IMG/VR virus record: IMGVR_UViG_3300044701_002789
Coordinates: 1-64,000 of that record
Direction: 5' to 3' (one strand)
DNA: 64,000 nucleotides
Positions 39,300 through 48,974 of this stretch are shown one piece after another. A model generated the notes under the pieces. That model saw only the letters and a list, made by a program, of their open reading frames with translations. It made no database searches and was not told where the DNA came from. How positions within the stretch are numbered: the stretch's first letter is position 1; each line of letters opens with the position of its first letter. The position numbers and the translations under genes are program-made.

Positions 39300-40032
39300 C
39301 GGTTTTAGGTTTTCTATACTTCCAATTTTGCTTTCCAGTATTTACTTCTTTTGTTCTTTCTATAATTTTATCTCTACAAATACCTTCACCATAATTTGGA
39401 TTATTTTCTCCCGACCAAGCACCTCTTTCTATTGCTTTTTGCGAGATTTTATCCCTAACTTCCTTATCGTCCATAGGATTTCCATAATCGTTTCTATGCC
39501 TTATTTTAACTTCCATTTCGTCTAATGATTTTCTAATCCAAACCATTCCACATCCCAAGATTGATTTTATTTCTTTGAGAGTTTTACCTTCAGTATAAAG
39601 TTCAGCAATTTTTTCTGGCGGGCAATTTTTTCTCAACTCCTTTATTTTATTTTCATTCACTACTTGTAAATGATTTTTCTTTTTCATTATTTTACTATGA
39701 TTTGGTCTTTTCTTCCCTCTACGAAGTTCTCCCATTCTTTTTCTTTGTTCTTCTGTATAAACATACCCAGAAGGACCATCTCCACCATCTGTTAGATTAT
39801 AAAGAATACCAGTTTCCAAATCCTTTCTACCAAAGACAGAAATCATATAAATTTCGTGCTTAAATGCTTCTTCTTCAGTTAGATTTTTCTTTAATATTAA
39901 AATCCTATTCCTTGATGGAACATAAGCACTATGCCTTTTTCTATCATATGCTCGTTTTCCTTTTCCCTTACCAATATAGTAAGGAGTTCCATCTTCACGC
40001 AAATAAGCATAAGTATAAAATACATTTTCCAT
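39292..40032 (-). CDS. free-standing GIY-YIG-like homing endonuclease
   Basis: FYTYAYLREDGTPYYIGKG..LYNLTDGGDG; SGENNPNYG; own late promoter at about 40062-40069. Confidence 0.85.
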   Translation of the reverse strand: MENVFYTYAYLREDGTPYYIGKGKGKRAYDRKRHSAYVPSRNRILILKKNLTEEEAFKHEIYMISVFGRKDLETGILYNLTDGGDGPSGYVYTEEQRKRMGELRRGKKRPNHSKIMKKKNHLQVVNENKIKELRKNCPPEKIAELYTEGKTLKEIKSILGCGMVWIRKSLDEMEVKIRHRNDYGNPMDDKEVRDKISQKAIERGAWSGENNPNYGEGICRDKIIERTKEVNTGKQNWKYRKPKTDE

Positions 40033-40121
40033 TACTTCCAATCCAAAGTTAGTTCTATACTTATTTATAAAAAAAGGAACTCCGAAGAGTTCCCTTATTA
40101 TACCATTATTTGGTTTTTATA

Positions 40122-40199
40122 TCAACCAATAGAAGGAGCAGTTAGAGCAACCGAAGTTGTTTCCGCTGCCGCCAAATCTAAAGGAAAGTTGTGTGCATT
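40122..40199 (-). CDS. psbA: photosystem II D1, exon 2
   Basis: NAHNFPLDLAAAETTSVALTAPSIG*. Confidence 0.95.
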   Translation of the reverse strand, partial: NAHNFPLDLAAAETTSVALTAPSIG

Positions 40200-40411
40200 C
40201 TTAAACTTTCCTTAACTATCTGATATTGCTATCAGGATTGGACTATATCATCACCATTTCTGGTGTCGGACGCTTATTCCTGTTATTAAGGGAACTATAT
40301 CCCTCAGGTAGTCTCTGAACCTTTCTTAGATGTATCTAAGACTTGGATGCTGATTGCCCACTTGGGGTTTCCAGCAATTCATCCGATTTAAAGAGCGCAA
40401 AGCACAACTTG
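40200..40411 (-). mobile_element. group I intron (212 nt, no ORF) in psbA after codon 334
   Basis: 5' exon ends in U (CGT), intron ends in G; P AATTGCTGGAAA, Q AATCAGCA, R TCAGAGACTA, S GATATAGTCC; P1 GAGCGT/GCGCTC. Confidence 0.95.
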
Positions 40412-41413
40412 ACGCTCGTGCATAACCTCCATTCCCAGTCCTGCTCTTGTTAAAATGTCCGCCCAAGTAGGAACTACTCGGTTCTGACTATCCAGAATAC
40501 TCTGGTTGAAATTTAGTCCGTTGAGGTTAAAAGCCATCGTAGAAACCCCGAGAGCAGTGAACCAAATACCAACTACAGGCCAAGCGGCGAGGAAGAAGTG
40601 TAGTGAACGGGAGTTATTGAAGGACGCATATTGGAAAATAAGACGACCGAAATAACCGTGTGCAGCCACGATGTTATAAGTTTCTTCCTCTTGACCGAAC
40701 TTGTAACCATAGTTCTGAGATTCAGTCTCAGTGGTTTCACGAACCAGTGAAGAAGTCACAAGTGAACCATGCATAGCACTGAACAGTGACCCACCAAACA
40801 CACCTGCAACACCGAGCATATGGAACGGATGCATAAGAATGTTATGTTCTGCCTGGAACACAAGCATGTAGTTGAAAGTGCCAGAGATACCTAGAGGCAT
40901 TCCATCACTGAAAGAACCTTGACCGAAAGGATAAACAAGGAATACGGCAGTGGCAGCAGCAACAGGAGCACTGTAAGCAACCATAATCCAAGGACGCATA
41001 CCTAGACGATAAGAAAGTTCCCATTCACGACCCATATAGCAGAAGACACCAATCAGGAAGTGAAATACAACAAGTTGGTAAGGACCACCATTATAAAGCC
41101 ATTCATCAAGACTCATTGCTTCCCAGATAGGATAAAAATGAAGTCCGATTGCATTAGAAGAAGGAACAACAGCACCAGAGATAATGTTGTTTCCATACAT
41201 GAGTGAACCAGAAACAGGTTCACGAATGCCATCAATATCTACAGGAGGTGCAGCAATGAAGGCAATAACAAAGCAGATGGTCGCAGCAAGAAGGCAAGGA
41301 ATCATAAGAACTCCGAACCACCCGACATACAACCTATTGTTGGTTGAAGTCACCCACTCGCAGAAGTCCTGCCAGGGATTAGAAATTGAACGTGTAGCAA
41401 TTGTAGCAGTCAT
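40412..41413 (-). CDS. psbA: photosystem II D1, exon 1 (334 codons)
   Basis: unambiguous D1 sequence from MTATIAT to GMEVMHER. Confidence 0.98.
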
Positions 41414-41424
41414 AAGAATTAAAA

Positions 41425-41510
41425 AGAAAATAAGATGAATCCAGGGAAGATTCTGTGCGTTATTTTCCTTCTCTACCCTCAAGAGAAGGTAAGATGAGAG
41501 ACGTATTTTA
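41425..41510 (-). ncRNA. PhotoRC-II-like psbA leader RNA
   Basis: TACGTCTCTCAT..CCTTCTCT-TGAGGGT-AGAGAAGG..TTCCCTG in the psbA 5' UTR; recognised from memory of the motif. Confidence 0.6.
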
Positions 41511-41566
41511 CTTGCAAAGTCCCGGTAAGCAAGGCAACAATGTCAGGGTTTCCTGACCTGTTGATG

Positions 41567-41600
41567 TATTTATAGTAGCACAGGATACAAGGGGTGTCAA
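41567..41600 (-). promoter_or_regulatory. overlapping sigma70 (TTGACA-N17-TACTAT) and late (TATAAATA) promoters for psbA
   Basis: exact sequence. Confidence 0.8.
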
Positions 41601-41657
41601 GTGGTGTGGACGGTTGATCAAGTGTCCATTGACTAAATACTTAAAAACCTCAGATTT

Positions 41658-41852
41658 ATGCCAAGAGAATGGAATAATCCCCACAGAGAACCTTGGAATG
41701 CTCCAATTCATCAGATTTTAAAGGCAATTGATAATCACAATCAAGAGTACTTTAAAACTGGCAATTCTTGGCATCTGGAAAAAGCAGATATGTTAAGAAA
41801 CTATCTGAAAGAATTAAAGTTTTGGATACATAAGAAGGAGAATAGAAAATGA
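41658..41852 (+). CDS. hypothetical protein
   Basis: ORF after CTAAATA. Confidence 0.65.
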   Translation: MPREWNNPHREPWNAPIHQILKAIDNHNQEYFKTGNSWHLEKADMLRNYLKELKFWIHKKENRK

Positions 41853-41951
41853 AAGAAGTAGTTTGGTCTGTAAATATCTTACTTGGAGTTGGAATGATTG
41901 GGGTTTCTTATCTCATTTTTAAAATCCTACAATTAGCACACCAGGAAGAAA

Positions 41952-42293
41952 ATGTATCAGTACAAAATAAAGAAGATCAACAAGGTCATTGATGGAGATA
42001 CCATTGATATAGACATTGATTTGGGATTTAGCATTACAATCACTCATAGAATTCGTCTAAAAGATATTGATGCACCAGAAACCAGAACTCTAAATCTTGA
42101 TGAAAAGAAGAAAGGATTTATTGCAAAAGAGTGGTTAGAAAAAGAACTCTCCCGTGAAGGAGAGTGGATTATTGAAACCCATAAAGAGGATAAGTATGGT
42201 AGATATCTTGGAACTCTTTATTTAATTGGAGACCCAGTTACTGTGAATGAAAGAATGTTAAATGAAGGTATCGCAAAACCATACTTGGGATGA
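41952..42293 (+). CDS. staphylococcal nuclease-like (thermonuclease) protein
   Basis: VIDGDT..RIRLKDIDAPE..DKYGRYLG. Confidence 0.88.
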   Translation: MYQYKIKKINKVIDGDTIDIDIDLGFSITITHRIRLKDIDAPETRTLNLDEKKKGFIAKEWLEKELSREGEWIIETHKEDKYGRYLGTLYLIGDPVTVNERMLNEGIAKPYLG

Positions 42294-42356
42294 AAAGAAT
42301 AATTCTTTTAACTCTTATTATTATTCGTCTTATCACAAACGAAGGAGTTTTCATCA

Positions 42357-42677
42357 GTGTCCGAAGACCCATCCCAAAAAGACAACCACCAGAAATCTTC
42401 AGATTCATCCGAAGACCATCCAAAAAAGGTAAAAAAAAGTCCCAACCTTTTAAGTAAACTTATTGTTCTAATTGTGATTACTACAATTGGATATGTTGGG
42501 ATTACTTTTTTAAATTGTAACTTTTTAATTCCCGGTAGTATGGAACGTGCAGATGCATTAGGGGGACTAAAAAATCCCCCTCCTTTGGATTGCGAAGAAT
42601 CTCAAAGAAGGGGGTATGATGCTTTGTTTATGTTACTGACTACCGTTTTGGGATTAAAAGCAAAGATGGAAGACTAA
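42357..42677 (+). CDS. membrane protein (possible holin-like)
   Basis: two hydrophobic segments; near the endolysin. Confidence 0.45.
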   Translation: MSEDPSQKDNHQKSSDSSEDHPKKVKKSPNLLSKLIVLIVITTIGYVGITFLNCNFLIPGSMERADALGGLKNPPPLDCEESQRRGYDALFMLLTTVLGLKAKMED

Positions 42678-42680
42678 TAA

Positions 42681-43256
42681 TTAATGATTTGGGTCAATAA
42701 AAATACCTTTATGTTGTACCGGATCCAATGGTTTAGATCCTTTCGCTTTTTGTTTTGGAGATCTATTTCTAACAATTCCCGCCTGAACTCCTTTTTCATT
42801 TGGTTCACTCATACCTTGAGTCCTACTATTCAATGAAGCACGACGAGATCCAACAGGTTGAGATACTAAAGTAGTTCCAGGTCTTGCTGCTGTAGATACA
42901 CTTTTTTTAATAGATTGCATTGCTTTTGCTGTAGAAACCGGATTTTTCGTATCTCCAGTTTTTGTAGAATTTTGAATAAAGGTATTTGGTTTGTCTCCAG
43001 GAGTATATTGTACTTTGATTGGATGTTTTTTATGTGTAAAAGTATGTGTATTAGATCGTTCATCATGCTTATAGTCAATATCAGGATCCCTTGGATTATT
43101 AATAGGACTAGCGAATCTATGCACAGATTGACTAACTTTACTAGTGTCAGTACCCGCATTTTTTGCTGCACTTAAAGGACTTTCTTTACCCCCTCTTAAT
43201 CTTTTTGCTGCCGGAGGAATCCAAGCATCTGCCATAAACTGCTTAAATGTCTTCAT
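42681..43256 (-). CDS. basic hypothetical protein (MKTFKQFM N-terminus, possible internal head protein)
   Basis: N-terminal motif typical of T4-like small virion-associated proteins. Confidence 0.55.
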   Translation of the reverse strand: MKTFKQFMADAWIPPAAKRLRGGKESPLSAAKNAGTDTSKVSQSVHRFASPINNPRDPDIDYKHDERSNTHTFTHKKHPIKVQYTPGDKPNTFIQNSTKTGDTKNPVSTAKAMQSIKKSVSTAARPGTTLVSQPVGSRRASLNSRTQGMSEPNEKGVQAGIVRNRSPKQKAKGSKPLDPVQHKGIFIDPNH

Positions 43257-43882
43257 TTGCAACTATCTCCAGACCATAAGGCACCTTCTGCTTTGCGTCT
43301 TCTAAGAAGTCCTGCTTCTACATTTGTTCCTGGATTCCTATAAAGTTCAAGTGCTGCTGGAACTTCGTCCCACTTCTTCTCTCTAAGGACTCTGGTAATA
43401 GTATTAAATCCAGAAGAACCATAAAAATTAGCACCAAGATTATAGGCAAAACTGAGAAGTGCCCCCTGTTGTTTTTCATTCATTTCACTCCAATAAGGAA
43501 TTTTTTCAAGAGGTGGTAAATATTCCTTTTCTAATTGATAGATTAAAAGGTCGTCTGCTTCTTTTTGAGTAATTGTATTACCAATCATGAAACGAGAACC
43601 ATCCATTCTACGAGTGCTTCCCCATCCGATTGTAATTGGAAGTCCACCAGTAAGGGGATCATAATATGCTTTGAGGTGACATCCCTCAAATTCCTTGATT
43701 AAAGCAACTCCAGGATGTGGGAGTTTTCTTTGTATTTTATTTTCATTTCTAAATCTTCTCTTAAACTCTTCAACAACTTCTGGTGAAGTATGTTCTTGAA
43801 GATATTCAAAAGCATCAATTTGATAAGGTTCTCCAATGAAGAACTTTGCGGCATTTGTGAATTTAAAATCTGACATAATCAT
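43253..43882 (-). CDS. endolysin, GH24 lysozyme
   Basis: IKEFEGCHLKAYYD..TIGWGST..ALLSFAYNLG..GLLRRRKAE. Confidence 0.92.
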   Translation of the reverse strand: MIMSDFKFTNAAKFFIGEPYQIDAFEYLQEHTSPEVVEEFKRRFRNENKIQRKLPHPGVALIKEFEGCHLKAYYDPLTGGLPITIGWGSTRRMDGSRFMIGNTITQKEADDLLIYQLEKEYLPPLEKIPYWSEMNEKQQGALLSFAYNLGANFYGSSGFNTITRVLREKKWDEVPAALELYRNPGTNVEAGLLRRRKAEGALWSGDSCK

Positions 43883-44391
43883 CCTTCTTGAAATACGGAA
43901 ACATAAACAGTCCCGGTTTTTGTGAGTGGTAGAAGTTTATCTCTTAAATCTTGATTATACATTCTCACACACCCATGTGTGGAGAATAAAGGTTGTTTAG
44001 GTGCCCATGCTCCAGGCCATCCAGCAGCACTCCCTCCTCCATGAATCATAATGCCTGCACGACCAAATTTTGATTCTTGATTTTCCAATTCAACCAAATC
44101 AAAACTATACCATCCATATGCCATCAGAGTTCTATCGTAACCAGGATTTGCTCCAACTCTTTCATAATCTCTGTAAATCTGTCCGATTCTATACAATCCA
44201 GGAGGAGTATCAGTTCTTACTGCACGAAACTCAAAGTCACTACCTTGCCCTCTTGCAAGTGCTGGAACTTCCCATAGAAGTTTTCCATCAAAACTAAATG
44301 CCTTTGCAGTTTCTACAATATCATTTACAATGATATGAGAATCTCCTTGTTTAAATCCAAATTCTTGTGGTCTACGTTTTGGTCCTATCAT
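43879..44391 (-). CDS. L,D-transpeptidase (YkuD) domain protein
   Basis: TPPGLY..IMIHGGG..STHGCVRM catalytic His/Cys motif. Confidence 0.85.
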   Translation of the reverse strand: MIGPKRRPQEFGFKQGDSHIIVNDIVETAKAFSFDGKLLWEVPALARGQGSDFEFRAVRTDTPPGLYRIGQIYRDYERVGANPGYDRTLMAYGWYSFDLVELENQESKFGRAGIMIHGGGSAAGWPGAWAPKQPLFSTHGCVRMYNQDLRDKLLPLTKTGTVYVSVFQEG

Positions 44392-44606
44392 GGTTAATAC
44401 CTAAACTCTTCTAACTTATCTAATATTTCATTAAGTTGCTTTTGCGCAAACAACTTACATTCATCACTACGGGATTCGTGCTGTAGTCTGTTTTTTTGTT
44501 GTAGAATTAAAATCTTGAAATGATCTTTCGTAATTTGCCCCCTTGACATAAGCACAAAAAATCCCCAACACCTTATTTAGGTATTAGGGATATTATATTA
44601 GTCAAT

Positions 44607-45134
44607 TCAAACGGATGCAGTTTCCCGAACAGTTGACTTCACATATTCTAGAACATTTTCTGGGGAGGATACTTCATAAGGATCAGTATCTGCATTATCC
44701 CTAAATCCAGGTTCAACAAAGATTTGTTCAATAATCCTGTTGTTTACCACAGCAGCATATCGCCAAGAACGCTCACCAAAACCAAGATTGGCCTTGGTAA
44801 CGAGTTGACCCATAGCACGAGTGAAGTAAGCATTGCCATCTGGAATAAGTTTTACATTTTTGATGTTTTGGTCTTGTGCCCAAGCATTCATCACAAATGC
44901 ATCATTGACGGAAATACAATAGATTTCATCAATACCCAATTCCTTAAATTCTTCAAACTTTTCTTCAAATCCAGGAAGTTGATATGCTGAGCAAGTTGGA
45001 GTAAATGCACCAGGAAGAGAGAAGATAACAACTCTCTTACTATCAAAAAGATCGTAAGCTTTACGTTTTACAAATTCGCCAGACTCCCGGAAAATAAACT
45101 CAACATTCGGAATCTGATTAGGTGTGTTTGTCAT
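44607..45134 (-). CDS. peroxiredoxin (Prx5/type II)
   Basis: LPGAFTPTCS..SVNDAFVM..G.RSWRYA. Confidence 0.93.
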   Translation of the reverse strand: MTNTPNQIPNVEFIFRESGEFVKRKAYDLFDSKRVVIFSLPGAFTPTCSAYQLPGFEEKFEEFKELGIDEIYCISVNDAFVMNAWAQDQNIKNVKLIPDGNAYFTRAMGQLVTKANLGFGERSWRYAAVVNNRIIEQIFVEPGFRDNADTDPYEVSSPENVLEYVKSTVRETASV

Positions 45135-45142
45135 AGTTTACC

Positions 45143-45262
45143 TCACCACACTCCCGGAATTATCTGCCCACTAACGAAATATGCGCCGACTGCGGCAACG
45201 AATCCAAGCATCGCCAGTCTTCCGTTCCAACGTTCGGCAAATTCAGTAAAAATTTTGTTCAT
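45143..45262 (-). CDS. hli: high-light-inducible protein
   Basis: AERWNGRLAMLGF..GQIIPG; missing from the ORF track. Confidence 0.93.
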   Translation of the reverse strand: MNKIFTEFAERWNGRLAMLGFVAAVGAYFVSGQIIPGVW

Positions 45263-45273
45263 TTGAGTACTCC

Positions 45274-45360
45274 TCAATAAGTTTTAGATAGTTGATTAAC
45301 AGAGTGTGCAAGAAGCACAAAAAATGCAATACTAGTAACAGTAAAAATAACTTCAGTCAT
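45274..45360 (-). CDS. 28-aa single-TM peptide between the hli genes
   Basis: MTEVIFTVTSIAFFVLLAHSVNQLSKTY; TGATG coupling. Confidence 0.5.
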   Translation of the reverse strand: MTEVIFTVTSIAFFVLLAHSVNQLSKTY

Positions 45361-45554
45361 CAGAAGATCCCGAAGAAGAAGTTGCCAGTGAGAGTATAAG
45401 AAATAAACCCAGCAATAATACCGACCATTGCCCAGCGCCCATTGACTCTCTCCTTGACTTGATTAGGGGTTAGCATTCCATAATTTTCATAATACATTAC
45501 GGGTTCTTTTGCGAAGAGATTTTGCTGACCCCTTTCATTTGTCGTAACCGTCAT
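45360..45554 (-). CDS. hli: high-light-inducible protein
   Basis: NLFAKEP..ERVNGRWAMVG. Confidence 0.9.
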   Translation of the reverse strand: MTVTTNERGQQNLFAKEPVMYYENYGMLTPNQVKERVNGRWAMVGIIAGFISYTLTGNFFFGIF

Positions 45555-45663
45555 TGTTAATTTTTGTAACTACTCCAGTAGTATATAGGAAGAAAAAGAA
45601 AAAGTCAAGGGGGGAACCCACCCCTTGACCAGTTTTGTCAGGGATTACTGACGAGCATCAAGT

Positions 45664-46542
45664 TCAGAACTTGAATCCAAGACCAGCAGTAAGAACTGGG
45701 GAATAAGTGCCGTCAGTAGCACCATAGGCATTAGCAGCAGTGGTGGTTGGGAACTTCAGGTCAGCAAAACCAACGAGAGAGTTGGTCAGACGACCTTCAA
45801 GACCAAGAGCAAATACGACTTGACCACGATCACCAACAGCAGACTGGAAGTTAGCATCAGTGTTGTTAACAAAAGGAATTTGATAACCAACACCGGTATA
45901 GATGTTAGCACGACTTACGCCACTGGACGCCTTAGAAATACTCCAATCATAAGAGAGGAGAGCACCACCACCAGCACCAATTTCACCTGCAGGAGTGCCA
46001 ACAAAGTTGACATATGGACGAACGGAGATGGCGTTCTGATTGTTGAAGGTTTTTACAGCATAACGACCCTGAACCGTGCCACCAGCAATAGTACGTTCTG
46101 CATCGTAACCATTACCATCAACACCTTGTTGGTTCAGAAGAACACCGGCACCGAGGTAATTACCAACTCCTTGTGCCTTTTGAGCAGCAGCAAGTTCAAG
46201 AGCACTTACCCGTGAATTAGTTGCAGCAATCTCACGGGAGAATTCTGCACGGAGAGCAGCAGCAGTACGAGCATCTGCTTCAGTATAGAATTGAGTGATA
46301 TTATCAAGGCAAGCATTAGTCAATGCGGCAAGTTCAGAACGAGTTGCAGGTTGACCAGGACGGAAAGTACCATCGGGATAACCAGCAACGCAACCATAAC
46401 GACTAATCAGGTTTGAGATTGCCTGATAAGACCATTCGGTTGGTTGAACGTCACGCAGTTGTGAAACACTGGTAACTTGTGCCATTGCAGGAGCAGCGGT
46501 AGTAGCAACAACAGCGGCAGCAATAAAAGAACGAATCATCAT
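45664..46542 (-). CDS. SLH-domain outer membrane protein (N-terminus like the Som/OprB-type cyanobacterial porins, short beta-barrel)
   Basis: signal peptide AxA, VTSVSQLRDVQPTEWSYQA..YGCVAGYPDGTFR, coiled coil, terminal F. Confidence 0.85.
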   Translation of the reverse strand: MMIRSFIAAAVVATTAAPAMAQVTSVSQLRDVQPTEWSYQAISNLISRYGCVAGYPDGTFRPGQPATRSELAALTNACLDNITQFYTEADARTAAALRAEFSREIAATNSRVSALELAAAQKAQGVGNYLGAGVLLNQQGVDGNGYDAERTIAGGTVQGRYAVKTFNNQNAISVRPYVNFVGTPAGEIGAGGGALLSYDWSISKASSGVSRANIYTGVGYQIPFVNNTDANFQSAVGDRGQVVFALGLEGRLTNSLVGFADLKFPTTTAANAYGATDGTYSPVLTAGLGFKF

Positions 46543-46632
46543 AGAGTTTTGTTTTTTAATAAACGACATTTTGTTAAGAATTACAACTGAATTCTTAACA
46601 CCTATTTAGTGTACACCAGAAGCGTCCGGTTG

Positions 46633-47424
46633 TCAAGCTTTCTTTGCGGATGGTTCGGTAATCCGTCCAAGATAGGGGTCATAATTGGTTATTTGCTCAA
46701 TCGTTATTTCAGAACCTTGCTTCTGCCAAAAATCTAATATTGCATTATGACTATTGCGATGAAACACGTCAATATGTTCCGGATGAATAGAAGACCCAAG
46801 TTCTATTTTATAAAGAAGAACTGGAGTCGCATAAGTAACGCCAGAATTGTAAATTAGGTCATCTGCAACTGGTCTTGGTCTAACACCATTATCCAATTTA
46901 TACTTATCATCGCGAATATGATTTTTGATCAATTTTGAAGCATGATGACGAGTAATAACATAACAAGCAGTAGAAAAGTCATTTACGAATCTAGTATGAA
47001 TAGGAACTACAATATCACCCGTGCAAATAATTGCCAATTGAATTACATCCCAAGCATAAGGAGCGCGAGCAATAAAATCTTGCCAAGTAAAACTCCAATA
47101 CTTCACTAACTCCAAATTACAATCATCTTCCATGATAATTGCATAAGGAGTATCAGATGTCTCATACCAATGTTTAATCGCTTTTAGATGAGATGTGACA
47201 CAACCAATTTCTCCAGAAGTCATAGAATCTGGATATTTACCTTTTATGATTTCACTCAAATCATCTTCTCGCCCATCATAAGCAGATATACGGGTATAAT
47301 TTTCAATTTCCCAATACTTAAATTGATCTTCCATATACTGTTTTCTTTCTGGTTGTTCATCCAGATTGAGATAATATACGGGACCAAAGTTTTTAAGTTT
47401 ATATGCTGATTTATTTTTATCCAT
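46633..47424 (-). CDS. glycosyltransferase family 25
   Basis: YLNLD..R..RISAYDG..GEIGCVTSH..IMEDD. Confidence 0.88.
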   Translation of the reverse strand: MDKNKSAYKLKNFGPVYYLNLDEQPERKQYMEDQFKYWEIENYTRISAYDGREDDLSEIIKGKYPDSMTSGEIGCVTSHLKAIKHWYETSDTPYAIIMEDDCNLELVKYWSFTWQDFIARAPYAWDVIQLAIICTGDIVVPIHTRFVNDFSTACYVITRHHASKLIKNHIRDDKYKLDNGVRPRPVADDLIYNSGVTYATPVLLYKIELGSSIHPEHIDVFHRNSHNAILDFWQKQGSEITIEQITNYDPYLGRITEPSAKKA

Positions 47425-48229
47425 TATATTTTTTTAGATAATCTTGTTTTGAGTAATATTTTTGCAATTGTAATTTGTCCATAGATTGAATTTGTTTCCA
47501 AATATCATTATTGTTTACCATGTGTGGATTAGTGATCCAAGAATTATGTCCCCTAGAATGCTCCAAATGATAAATGGTATCTTCAATTCTCTCAATATTA
47601 TACCCCAAAGTCGTAAATCTGTAAAATCTCTCCTTATCCTCTGGGGCATATGCTACAAAGTTTTCATTTTCCATACCACCTTCAATATAGACTTTACGGT
47701 TAAAAAACTGCACCCACCCAAAGTCGGAAAGATATTTGTTAGAGTTTTTTTCAAGATAATCATAATCAAGTGTTTCTAAAAACTTAGAAACAATCTCATC
47801 ACTAGGAGGAACCTGCCTTTGCCATGTACCTTGTCCGTATGGATAAACTACATCACATTCATCTCTTAAAATAGATTCATATGCAAGTTTATAAGAATGC
47901 AGAGGAAGAATTACATCACAATCATAATTTACTACAACTTTAGTATCGGATTCCATAATCATTTCATTCAAAATTCTTTGACGATGAAAAGTAGAATCTA
48001 AACTTTTTTCAAAAATATGATTAATATTAATATCAACTTCAAGTATGGATTTTAGTATAGGAAGTGCTTCCTTCTTAAATATAGATTCAGAATCAACTTC
48101 TTTAATAATAATATTTGCATCAAAGTTTTCCAATAAAAATGCTGTAGTTGCAATTACATTACGAAGACGATCAGATGATTCAATACGAATTGGAATAATA
48201 AATGTTGCTTCAGTTAAATCTATTTTCAT
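47417..48229 (-). CDS. glycosyltransferase (GT-A, GT7 C-terminal-like)
   Basis: YDCDV, GGMENENFVAYAPED..R, YHLEH. Confidence 0.8.
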   Translation of the reverse strand: MKIDLTEATFIIPIRIESSDRLRNVIATTAFLLENFDANIIIKEVDSESIFKKEALPILKSILEVDININHIFEKSLDSTFHRQRILNEMIMESDTKVVVNYDCDVILPLHSYKLAYESILRDECDVVYPYGQGTWQRQVPPSDEIVSKFLETLDYDYLEKNSNKYLSDFGWVQFFNRKVYIEGGMENENFVAYAPEDKERFYRFTTLGYNIERIEDTIYHLEHSRGHNSWITNPHMVNNNDIWKQIQSMDKLQLQKYYSKQDYLKKYNG

Positions 48230-48974
48230 TTGGATAATTTCTAGTATCTTTATTTTTTTCTAAAACATAATCTAATTCTTCTTGATTTACCATCCAAGAA
48301 CCTTCCGGATGATCAATTACTTTATTGTAAATCACACTGGAAGAACTAATTCTATTTGAGTGTTCTCTATTTGATATTAAATAATCATCAATAATAAATG
48401 GCATTCCATTTTCATATCTCATCCTATGATAAAAATCTGTGTCCATTAATAATTGAAGTTTTTCATCAAACCCAACAAACTTATCAGTCAAAAAAGAAAC
48501 ACATGACGGACTACCAAGAAGATTTCTACCTTCTAACATCATATCAGTCCATCTCGGAATCATGGGTCTAAAGTGTTGATTTCCATTCTGAGTATGCGCA
48601 AATCCATTAAAACACCAATTACAAGATTTATCATAAAATGCCAATTTTATTTTGGATAATGCAAATTTATCAATAAAGAGATCATCTTGGAAGATTAGTT
48701 TAGTAATTTTCCCACTACACATTTCAACCGCAGAATTTGTATTTGCTGGACCATTACCAAGATTTTCTTCATTCTTAAAGTACTTTATCTCAAAGTAATT
48801 TGCATATTGCCCACATACTTCAAGAATAGAATCGTCCTTAGATTGATCGGAAATACAAACTTCAAAATTCTTGAAGTCTTGAATTCGGATTGTTTCAAAT
48901 AACTCAGAAAGATAACGATCACCAATACCTTTCATCTCATAAGTTGGAATTGCAATAGAAATCTCAGGCATCAA
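48210..48974 (-). CDS. glycosyltransferase family 2
   Basis: ISIAIPTYE..ISDQSKDD..FQDD. Confidence 0.85.
   Translation of the reverse strand: MMPEISIAIPTYEMKGIGDRYLSELFETIRIQDFKNFEVCISDQSKDDSILEVCGQYANYFEIKYFKNEENLGNGPANTNSAVEMCSGKITKLIFQDDLFIDKFALSKIKLAFYDKSCNWCFNGFAHTQNGNQHFRPMIPRWTDMMLEGRNLLGSPSCVSFLTDKFVGFDEKLQLLMDTDFYHRMRYENGMPFIIDDYLISNREHSNRISSSSVIYNKVIDHPEGSWMVNQEELDYVLEKNKDTRNYPNENRFN

Noticed and set aside
40388-41482. psbA as a truncated or N-terminally extended 364-aa ORF
   Set aside because: The true start is 41413, and the C-terminus is restored by splicing out the group I intron.
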